Shown: positions 56,196 through 64,000 of the stretch, in pieces
Numbering within the stretch: the first letter of the stretch is position 1
How the letters are laid out: each line of letters starts with the position of its first letter
Assembly: GCA_037443805.1 (NCBI GenBank)
Contig: JBBINQ010000009.1
Span: 1,884 to 65,883, forward strand
Direction of reading: 5' to 3'
DNA: 64,000 nt
Origin: a candidate division WOR-3 bacterium
GTDB taxonomy: Bacteria; Hydrothermota; Tepidihabitantia; SM23-42; JAOAFX01
Translations under genes and position numbers: made by a program
Notes under the pieces: generated by a model
Databases searched by the model: none
What the model was told of the DNA's origin: nothing
Seen by the model: the letters and a program-made list of their open reading frames with translations, nothing else

Positions 56196-58280
56196 TTACT
56201 TCATCAGGGTTGCCCTTAATACAAAGCCGGCAAGGGTGATTGATGATGTCGCCATCAATTTAATCAGAATATTGAGCGATGGTCCTGATGTATCCTTGAA
56301 TGGGTCGCCCACTGTATCACCAACAACTGCTGCTTTATGTTCTTGAGAGCCCTTTCCACCAAGATTTCCTTTTTCAATATATTTCTTTGCATTATCCCAG
56401 GCGCCACCGCTGTTCGCCATCATCAATGCCACCACAAAACCTGAAATTAATGCTCCGGCAAGAATACCGACCACACCATTGGGACCTAAAAATATTCCCA
56501 CAATTAGCGGAGTCAATATCGCCAATAACGAAGGTAGAATCATTTCCTTCTGTGCTGCTCTGGTGCAAATATTGACTGCACGGGCATAATCTGGTTTTGC
56601 CTTATTTTCCATTAATCCGGCAATCTCTTTAAATTGACGACGCACCTCAATGACAATCAGACCAGCAGCACGTCCTACTGCCTTTATGGTTAAGGAACAG
56701 AATGCATAAGGCATCATTGCACCAATAAATAGTCCAGTGATGACTGCAGGATTGGTGATGGATAGATTAAGTTCCTTACCAAAAAGTAAAATCTGGTCAC
56801 GATATGCGGCAATCAAGGCAAGGGCGGTCAATGCTGCAGAGCCAATTGCAAATCCTTTACCCGTTGCAGCAGTAGTATTACCGAGTGCATCAAGGGCATC
56901 GGTCCGTTGTCTGACCTCTTCAGGTAGACCCGACATCTGGGCATTACCACCGGCATTGTCTGCAACCGGACCATAAGCATCAGTCGCTAAAGTAATACCC
57001 AGGGTTGAAAGCATTCCTACTGCAGCAAGGGAAACACCATAAAGCCCAATATTTGCATCTGTAGTACCACCACTCAAAAAATAGGATGCCAGCACTGCAA
57101 CTACAACTGCCAGAACTGCTGGTGTAGTTGAAAGCATCCCTACGCTCAACCCCTCTAAGATTACGGTTGCCGGACCAGTCTTAGCACTATCAGAGATACT
57201 GCGCGTAGGACGATAATTATCAGAAGTAAAAAATTCCGTGTTAAATCCGATAAATACACCCGCACCGAGTCCGGCAAGGATTGCCCAGTAAAAACCAAAA
57301 TGGTCAGGCAGGATATATTTAATAACAAATGCGGAAACGATGGCAATAATAATGCTTGAAGCATATATGCCACGACGTAGGGCAGTGAGGAGTGCGGATT
57401 GGGTCGCATCCTCTTTAGTGCTTACAAGAAATGTCCCAATGATAGAACAGAGCACACCCACTGTTGCCATCACCTGGGGCACAACCACACCCTGAATTCC
57501 AAGTCCGGCAGCAACTGCGAGTGCCATTGTGGCAATGATTGAACCGACATAAGATTCATAGAGGTCTGCTCCCATTCCTGCCACATCACCAACATTGTCA
57601 CCCACATTATCCGCAATCACTGCAGGATTGCGCGGGTCATCTTCAGGGATACCTGCTTCTACTTTACCCACGAGGTCTGCGCCCACATCTGCGGCTTTGG
57701 TAAAGATTCCTCCACCGACCCTGGCAAAGAGTGCCTGAAATGATGCACCCATACCAAAACAGATCATTGTTGAAGTTATATTTTGTATCTTCTGTGCCTC
57801 AGGAAGATTGCGATAAATCCAGTTTAATAACAAAAACCAGATACTCAAATCTAAAAGGCTCAAACCCACCACTACAAAGCCCATAACGCCACCGGCTGCA
57901 AATGCAACACGCAATCCACTGTTCAAACTCTGCCGTGCCGCATTGGCAGTGCGTGCAGAAGAATTAGTTGCCTGGGTGAGTCCGACAAAACCGGAGAGCC
58001 CCGAGAAAAAACCACCAGTAATAAAAGCGAATGGGACATAGATCGGTAGCATTCTGTTCAAAGCAATGATTAACAGAACGACAAATACTACTGCAAAGAA
58101 TATTGTTACTACACCATACTGCCTTTTGATATATGCCTTAGCACCTGTCCTTACAGCCTGGGCGATCTCTTGCATCCTATCAGTGCCTTCATCAAATTTC
58201 TTTGTTGACAGTGATAAATACCAGGCAAAGACCAGGGCAAGCAAAGAACCAACTGGCGTCAACCAGAATAATGGATGCAT
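56196..58280 (-). CDS. hppA: Membrane-integral pyrophosphatase, K+-dependent type (probably Na+-pumping)
   Basis: DVGADLVGKVE, DNVGDNVGD, GNTTAA (Ala marks K+ dependence), GDTVGDPFKDTSGP. Confidence 0.95.
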   Translation of the reverse strand: MHPLFWLTPVGSLLALVFAWYLSLSTKKFDEGTDRMQEIAQAVRTGAKAYIKRQYGVVTIFFAVVFVVLLIIALNRMLPIYVPFAFITGGFFSGLSGFVGLTQATNSSARTANAARQSLNSGLRVAFAAGGVMGFVVVGLSLLDLSIWFLLLNWIYRNLPEAQKIQNITSTMICFGMGASFQALFARVGGGIFTKAADVGADLVGKVEAGIPEDDPRNPAVIADNVGDNVGDVAGMGADLYESYVGSIIATMALAVAAGLGIQGVVVPQVMATVGVLCSIIGTFLVSTKEDATQSALLTALRRGIYASSIIIAIVSAFVIKYILPDHFGFYWAILAGLGAGVFIGFNTEFFTSDNYRPTRSISDSAKTGPATVILEGLSVGMLSTTPAVLAVVVAVLASYFLSGGTTDANIGLYGVSLAAVGMLSTLGITLATDAYGPVADNAGGNAQMSGLPEEVRQRTDALDALGNTTAATGKGFAIGSAALTALALIAAYRDQILLFGKELNLSITNPAVITGLFIGAMMPYAFCSLTIKAVGRAAGLIVIEVRRQFKEIAGLMENKAKPDYARAVNICTRAAQKEMILPSLLAILTPLIVGIFLGPNGVVGILAGALISGFVVALMMANSGGAWDNAKKYIEKGNLGGKGSQEHKAAVVGDTVGDPFKDTSGPSLNILIKLMATSSITLAGFVLRATLMK

Positions 58281-58385
58281 CTAACCTCCTTTATAAAAAT
58301 CTTAATGCCCAAATCAATAAAAAAAATCGTGAATTATATTATATGGAATTTATAACAAAAATCAAGAATTTTTAAGTTTTTTAGT

Positions 58386-59423
58386 TTAATAGAGTGTAAG
58401 ACGCTCTTTTAAATAGTCCGGGGCAAGTACGCCATCTGCGACAAGCTTTCTTTTTGATTGTTCCATATCCTGCATACCAAATTGCCTGCCAGTCTGAATT
58501 ACTGAATCAATCTGGTAGACCTTTTGTTCACGAATTAAATTGCGCACGGCCTGGGTTGCAATGAGAATTTCAAATGCAGCAATCCTGCCCGGCTTATCCT
58601 TTCTCGGATATAAACGCTGGGCAATAACACCCTGAAGTGATTCTGATAATTGGACCCTTATCCTATCCTGCTGGTCTGTAGGAAAAACATCAATGATTCT
58701 GGTAATGGTCTTTGAAGCGCTTGAGGTATGGAGTGTGGCAAAGACCAGGTGCCCGGTTTCAGCAGCAGTCAGGGCAAGGCTGATTGTTTCTAAATCACGC
58801 ATTTCACCAACCAGAATATAATCCGGGTCTTCGCGCAATGCACTCCTCAATGCATGATTGAATGAATGGGTATTAGAACCCACTTCACGCTGATTAACAA
58901 TACAATTTTTTGTATTATGAATGAACTCTATCGGGTCTTCAATGGTAATGATATGGCCATTTTTATTAGTATTGATATAATCAATCATTGCCGCAAGGGT
59001 CGTTGATTTTCCGCTGCCAGTTGGACCGGTCACCAGAATCAATCCATAGTCAAGGTCTATAAGTTCTTTAATGACCTTTGGCAAACCCAATTCTTCCATT
59101 GATGGAATCTTTTCTGAAATCACACGGAAAACAGCACCAAACCCCTGACGCTGATGAAAGATATTCACCCTGAACCTTCCAATATCAGATATATGCAGGG
59201 AAAAATCAAGCTCTCTTTCTCTTTCCAACAATGTTTTCTGCTCGTCAGTGAGTATATCATAGATTAATTTACGAATAATTTCAGGTCCGGCTCCATCCTC
59301 ACTCAATTTTTTCATTTCTCCATACACTCTCATCATAATCGGAGAGCCGGCACTCAGATGTAAATCACTTGCCTTTGAATCTATAATATGCTTTAATAAT
59401 TTTTTAATCTCGGACATAATCAA
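58386..59423 (-). CDS. pilT: Type IV pilus retraction ATPase PilT
   Basis: GPTGSGKST, EDPIE, LREDPD, AVRNLIRE. Confidence 0.95.
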   Translation of the reverse strand: MIMSEIKKLLKHIIDSKASDLHLSAGSPIMMRVYGEMKKLSEDGAGPEIIRKLIYDILTDEQKTLLERERELDFSLHISDIGRFRVNIFHQRQGFGAVFRVISEKIPSMEELGLPKVIKELIDLDYGLILVTGPTGSGKSTTLAAMIDYINTNKNGHIITIEDPIEFIHNTKNCIVNQREVGSNTHSFNHALRSALREDPDYILVGEMRDLETISLALTAAETGHLVFATLHTSSASKTITRIIDVFPTDQQDRIRVQLSESLQGVIAQRLYPRKDKPGRIAAFEILIATQAVRNLIREQKVYQIDSVIQTGRQFGMQDMEQSKRKLVADGVLAPDYLKERLTLY

Positions 59424-60007
59424 CCATTATCTTTCTGTTCCTGAAACTTTATCATTATATGAATCCTGCCTTTAAATTTCATAGTTGTGCCATCCTCATC
59501 AATGATCTCCATTGTTGCATGTTCTTTATCAATATCTATTTTAATTGTTCCCTTAAAAGATTCATTAATAAATATCTGTTCTGTCTGTTCCGTAAGAAAA
59601 AATTTATCAAGGAGTTCTAAAATTTTTTCTGGTTCTGCAGCAGAAAGTATAACTTCTTTTTTCACAAATTCCTTTATCTTTTCAAGCCCCTGTTTATCGG
59701 TCGGGTCGCCCATTGCAATATAGAGTTTACCCTCTATTTCATAGAGCGGGATTGCACAATGGTCATACAATAATTTTTCAGGGAATGATTTGATAAGCTG
59801 ACTATCCAGAACTTCTGGTTTCAATTCAATGAATGGTATTGCAACCTGTTCACTCAATAGCCAGACCAGGTCACGGGCATTGATATAACCAAGTTCAATC
59901 AAAATTTCACCCAGTTTCTTTTTATGTGTCTGCTGAATTTCTAAAGCCTTTTTTAACTGGTCTTCTGTAATAATTCCACTCTTTACCAGCAATTCACCAA
60001 TGCGCAT
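59420..60007 (-). CDS. Stand-alone MshEN (GspE N-terminal) domain protein
   Basis: RIGELLVKSGII.EDQLKKALEIQ and KLGEILIELGYI; no ATPase domain. Confidence 0.85.
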   Translation of the reverse strand: MRIGELLVKSGIITEDQLKKALEIQQTHKKKLGEILIELGYINARDLVWLLSEQVAIPFIELKPEVLDSQLIKSFPEKLLYDHCAIPLYEIEGKLYIAMGDPTDKQGLEKIKEFVKKEVILSAAEPEKILELLDKFFLTEQTEQIFINESFKGTIKIDIDKEHATMEIIDEDGTTMKFKGRIHIMIKFQEQKDNG

Positions 60008-60013
60008 AATTTA

Positions 60014-60373
60014 TCATATCCCAATCAATTCAAATACCTTTGCTTTCAATTGTTTTATTTCAATCGGTTTTGTTAAGAATGCGGCAACTTCCGAAGTCTT
60101 TACAATGACATCATCTTCAAGTAACTTATATGCCGAGCAGATGATTATGGGAATATTCTTATTTCGCTCCCTTATCCTTTCAATTACTTCAAGGCCATGA
60201 ACACCAGGCATCTTGATATCAGTTATCAAAAGGTCAAATTTTTCTTTGGTTATATACTTTACTGCTTCTCTACCATTATCACAGACAACAACATCATAAT
60301 CATTATTTAATGCCTCACTGAGCAATAATCTTATTGGTGCTTCATCATCACAGACAAGAATCCTTTTTTTCAT
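60014..60373 (-). CDS. Single-domain response regulator
   Basis: VCDDE, DIKMP, KP. Confidence 0.92.
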   Translation of the reverse strand: MKKRILVCDDEAPIRLLLSEALNNDYDVVVCDNGREAVKYITKEKFDLLITDIKMPGVHGLEVIERIRERNKNIPIIICSAYKLLEDDVIVKTSEVAAFLTKPIEIKQLKAKVFELIGI

Positions 60374-60394
60374 TGCATCCTCCTTAATCTATGT

Positions 60395-61960
60395 TTACCA
60401 GGCAGGTAAATAGACTTTTATTTTTGTTCCCTGCCCGGGCTTACTTTCTACCTCAATGTTTCCATGATGGTCATCAATAATTTTTTTAACGATTGCCAAT
60501 CCCAATCCAGTGCCCCTTGTTTTCGTTGTATAAAATGGAATGAAAAGGTTCTTTAAATCTTTTTCCTCAATACCCTTTCCATTATCAATAACTTCTGTAA
60601 GTATAAAATTATCAATTTTTTTGAAATCTATTCTCAATAGACCATTCTCATCCATCGCCTCAACAGCATTTGTAATAAGATTCACAAAAAGTCGGCGAAC
60701 AGACTCTTCTTCTCCGCGAATCAGGGGCTCTTCAATTCCTTCAATCATTGTCTGTATTTTTACTGTTTGCAATATATCTTCTATCAAATCTTTCACATCC
60801 ACCTTTTTCAATTCCATCTTTCTGGAACGGGCAAAGGTCAAAATATCATCAACAATATGATTTATGCGCTGTGTGCCTTTACGGATCTCATCAATATAAG
60901 AATCCATTTTCTCTTTATCCTGAATATTTTTCAAAAGCTGGGCAAAACCATCAATTGAGGTCAACGGATTGCGAATTTCATGGGCGACCCAGCTCGCCAT
61001 TTTACCAAGATAGGACAATCTCTCATTCTGCTTTACTTTCTCTTCAAGTTTTCTTATTTCTGAAAGGTCTTTAAATATTAATACACAACCGTTTATATCT
61101 TTTTCTGGTGTCTCTAATAGAGTGATATTAAAACCAATGGGGATTTTCTCTCCTATTTTGTTCTGAATCTCTACCTCTTCACGGATTATTGGTTTGCCAG
61201 TCGCCATTGCCTGCTCCATCTTATTCCAGAGTTTTTCAATACCTTCAAGGCTCTTTATACTATAACCAATCAGCTCGTCTTTTTTATATCCAAATGCCCT
61301 CTCTGCTTCAGGATTTACTGTGGTTATAAGTCCATCACTCTTTACTACCATTATTCCAGTCGCAACACTATTAATAATTCTTTCATTATAAAGACGAAGT
61401 TCAATTTCACGTGCTGTCACCCTCTCTACTTCTTTTTTTAATTCAATATTGAACCTTTCAAGTTCCTCTTTTTTCTTGAGCTCCCGGCGTGTAGACTCTG
61501 CCCAGTAGCTACTCACCAGCGATATAAGAAAGAAGAATGGAATACGAATTAAAAATTTTGAATCAAGAAAAGATATATCAGGATATTGCTGATGGATAAG
61601 CCAGGCATAGATAATACTTGCCACTATTGCTACCGGTAGACTCACATTAACTGTCTGACTAACCGCTGAGATAAATATTGCGAGGAAATAGATTAAATAA
61701 AAATCTGTTGCAATTCCTTCAGTGAAGTATATTGCAATAGAAATAATAACTATGTCCAGGAAAAATGTAGTAAAGGAAAACCAGGGTCTTGATAGAATTT
61801 TATCTGGAACACGGGTAAGGGCAAGACCTATGAGAAAATATACCAGTGCAATAATATATCCTGGTTCACCAAAGTGTAGCCCTTTTCTTGAATAGGTCAT
61901 TACAAGAATCGTGGTAAGGATTACAATAAACCTTAAGAAAGTTAATTTATTTTTCTCCAT
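60395..61960 (-). CDS. Membrane PAS sensor histidine kinase (PilS-like)
   Basis: Multi-TM N-terminus, PAS, AHEIRNPL, NAVEA, DNGKG, GTGLGL; start moved to ATG 61960 because a -10 box abuts 61975. Confidence 0.92.
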   Translation of the reverse strand: MEKNKLTFLRFIVILTTILVMTYSRKGLHFGEPGYIIALVYFLIGLALTRVPDKILSRPWFSFTTFFLDIVIISIAIYFTEGIATDFYLIYFLAIFISAVSQTVNVSLPVAIVASIIYAWLIHQQYPDISFLDSKFLIRIPFFFLISLVSSYWAESTRRELKKKEELERFNIELKKEVERVTAREIELRLYNERIINSVATGIMVVKSDGLITTVNPEAERAFGYKKDELIGYSIKSLEGIEKLWNKMEQAMATGKPIIREEVEIQNKIGEKIPIGFNITLLETPEKDINGCVLIFKDLSEIRKLEEKVKQNERLSYLGKMASWVAHEIRNPLTSIDGFAQLLKNIQDKEKMDSYIDEIRKGTQRINHIVDDILTFARSRKMELKKVDVKDLIEDILQTVKIQTMIEGIEEPLIRGEEESVRRLFVNLITNAVEAMDENGLLRIDFKKIDNFILTEVIDNGKGIEEKDLKNLFIPFYTTKTRGTGLGLAIVKKIIDDHHGNIEVESKPGQGTKIKVYLPAW

Positions 61961-62052
61961 ATATGCCCTCATCATAGTATACCCAATCTCCTTGTTTTGT
62001 CAATTTTTTTGCACACATTCTGGTTTCCGTATTTGCCATCACAATATTATAT

Positions 62053-62068
62053 TGCAATATTTGTGCCA
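62053..62068 (-). promoter_or_regulatory. sigma54 promoter upstream of kinase-RR-MshEN-pilT; a sigma70 promoter also lies at 62003-61976
   Basis: TGGCAC-AAATA-TTGCA; TTGACA-N16-TATACT. Confidence 0.75.
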
Positions 62069-62154
62069 GAGAAAACCTTGAAATTTCGGAGAAATTTTAT
62101 GATATCCTGTTTATTTCAAGGACATCTGTTTATAATCCGAACAAAACAGATGAA

Positions 62155-63528
62155 TCAACTCTTCTTAAATTCAAAAGGATTTATGTTGTGTTTTTTCATA
62201 AGACGAATCAGAAAATTCCTTGATATTCCAATAAGTTCTGCGGCTTTTGTTTGATTACCTTTACTTAATGTAAGTGCTTTTTTCAGAAGTTCAAATTCAG
62301 TCTGTCTTATTGCAGATTCATAATTGAGAGGGCTGGCCTCTTCAGAACTTGCTGGCTGAACCATTCCTAAACTTATATCATCTGGTGTTATCAAATTACC
62401 CCTGGCAACAATGATTGCCTTCTCCATTGTATTTCTTAATTCACGGACATTACCCGGCCAATCATAGTTTTGCAAAATTTCAAAGACTGCTGGGTCTATT
62501 CCTTGAATATTCTTATGGCATTCTTTCACAATTTCATTAGCAAAGTGCTCGGCAAGGGGGATAATATCTTCTTTCCTTTCCCTCAAAGGTGGCAAAGTGA
62601 TAGGAAATGTATTTATTCTAAAATACAGGTCCTTTCTAAATGTGTTGTTATTAACCATATCCTCAAGGTTGGTATTGGTTGCAACAATGATTCTCACATC
62701 CACTGCAATCTCTTTTTTCCCACCAAGTTTTCTAAAAGATTTTGTCTCTATCACCTTTAACAATTTGCCTTGCAGGAGTAAAGGTAAACTGCTGATTTCG
62801 TCAAGAAATAGCGTGCCTTTGTGTGCCAATTCAATAAGTCCTTCTTTTCTTTTTCTCGCATCTGTGAATGCTCCGGGCTCATAACCAAAAAGTTCTGATT
62901 CCAGAAGATTTTCTGGTATGGTCGTGCAATCAATATCAACAAACGAACTTTCTGCACGGTTACTTATCTGATGGATATAAAGTGCCAGGAGCCCTTTACC
63001 AGTACCACTCTCGCCTGTCAATAAAACAGTAGAGTTTGTCTTTGCTACTTTAACACACTTATCAAGCACCTGCTCCATCTTTTTTGATTTATACAAAATT
63101 GGAGTATATTTACCACGACACAAAACCTTAAGTCTATTGCGATAATGGTCACGCTCCATTTTTATTGCAAGGGTTTCCTGTATCCGATTTATGATAATAC
63201 GCAATTCCTGAATATCAAGTGGTTTTAAAAGATAGTTAAGGGCTCCAATTTCCATTGCCTTTACTGCTTCTTTAATCTCCCCATAGCCAGTGATTATGAT
63301 TATATTTACTTCGTTGTCGTATTCTTTCATCTTTTTTAATAAATCAATACCTTTACCGTCAGGTAATCGCTGGTCAAGTATTACCACTGAAGGATTTTCC
63401 TGGAGAAAGAGTTTCCATCCCATCTCTGCATTAGTCGCAGTATACACATTGTGCCCATCCTCTTCAAAAAGCGCAGAAAGGAATGCACGGATAGATTCAT
63501 CATCATCAACAATCAAAATTGATAACAT
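62155..63528 (-). CDS. sigma54-dependent NtrC-family response regulator (PilR/AtoC-like)
   Basis: REC domain, GESGTGK, GAFTDA, WPGNVREL, Fis-type HTH. Confidence 0.95.
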   Translation of the reverse strand: MLSILIVDDDESIRAFLSALFEEDGHNVYTATNAEMGWKLFLQENPSVVILDQRLPDGKGIDLLKKMKEYDNEVNIIIITGYGEIKEAVKAMEIGALNYLLKPLDIQELRIIINRIQETLAIKMERDHYRNRLKVLCRGKYTPILYKSKKMEQVLDKCVKVAKTNSTVLLTGESGTGKGLLALYIHQISNRAESSFVDIDCTTIPENLLESELFGYEPGAFTDARKRKEGLIELAHKGTLFLDEISSLPLLLQGKLLKVIETKSFRKLGGKKEIAVDVRIIVATNTNLEDMVNNNTFRKDLYFRINTFPITLPPLRERKEDIIPLAEHFANEIVKECHKNIQGIDPAVFEILQNYDWPGNVRELRNTMEKAIIVARGNLITPDDISLGMVQPASSEEASPLNYESAIRQTEFELLKKALTLSKGNQTKAAELIGISRNFLIRLMKKHNINPFEFKKS

Positions 63529-63533
63529 AAAAT

Positions 63534-63561
63534 ATTATACACGCTATTTATACTATGTCAA
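63534..63561 (-). promoter_or_regulatory. sigma70-type promoter placed for a leaderless regulator mRNA
   Basis: TTGACA-N16-TATAAT, 5 nt before ATG 63528, no SD. Confidence 0.75.
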
Positions 63562-63687
63562 CTGAAAAAATATAGAAATTTAAGTAAAAATAAATGATTT
63601 TTATGTACACAGATTTTGAGCGACTTAAATAATCAGAATATAATTTTTATCGATACTGACGCAAAGATTCTCTAAGAGTTGAGTAAA

Positions 63688-63891
63688 CTACTTCTTATTA
63701 TGTTGGATAACTATTGTAGAATCTGGCTTTTGTTTTTCCTTATTTATTTTTTTGGCAGGTATAATAATCCGCACCTGTATTTGTGAACTTACTTCTTTAT
63801 CTCCTCTCTGCGTAAGTCCTGAATTTATTTGCGGTGTTACGTTAAAAACAAGTCCTGTAAAGAATATTATTGCTATCATCAAATTTTTCAT
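63688..63891 (-). CDS. Small putative secreted protein (67 aa)
   Basis: GGAG RBS; signal-like MKNLMIAIIFFTGLVF. Confidence 0.45.
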   Translation of the reverse strand: MKNLMIAIIFFTGLVFNVTPQINSGLTQRGDKEVSSQIQVRIIIPAKKINKEKQKPDSTIVIQHNKK

Positions 63892-64000
63892 GTCTTTATC
63901 TCCACAATATAAGATATGCAATTTTTGTGTCGGAAGATCTTATGAATTTTCGGAGAATTTTTATTCTCCACAGTAACAAATAACTACAACTGCGCTTAAA

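Noticed and set aside
63917-63932. Third sigma54 promoter (CGACAC-N5-TTGCA, minus strand)
   Set aside because: The invariant -24 GG is replaced by GA
64-63976. Numerous 60-150 aa ORFs in the track overlapping long genes
   Set aside because: They are antisense or off-frame shadows of well-supported genes, with no RBS or family motifs

Overview
AT-rich, gene-dense bacterial chromosome segment of about 50 genes, mostly on the minus strand. Gene content suggests an anaerobic, proteolytic FCB-related candidate lineage such as WOR-3 (inference): T9SS-type C-terminal sorting domains, a PorV/PorQ-like barrel, a four-subunit pyruvate:ferredoxin oxidoreductase, a membrane pyrophosphatase and GGGP synthase. 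Housekeeping genes include ffh, rpe, tRNA-Ser(GGA), tatA, panC, lysC, porCDAB, recJ, thyX, purD, radC, hppA and pilT. The most notable features are: (1) an envelope operon joining three FlgD/CTD-like Ig proteins (one fused to a PorV-like barrel), a long TPR protein and an ExbB/2xExbD/TonB motor, interrupted by a 6.7-kb cassette encoding a beta-propeller and a 1683-aa M23-like CTD protein; (2) an Ile/Val/Leu-type leader-peptide attenuator with no biosynthetic operon downstream; (3) 16 sigma70-type promoters that all have a 16-bp spacer, several placed to give leaderless mRNAs; (4) two consensus sigma54 promoters linking a diguanylate cyclase to a stand-alone MshEN/PilT operon; (5) 7-8-bp tandem repeats and palindromes inserted in frame into secreted proteins. 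No CRISPR array, rRNA, integrase or transposase was seen. All calls come from motif recognition by eye; no database searches were run.
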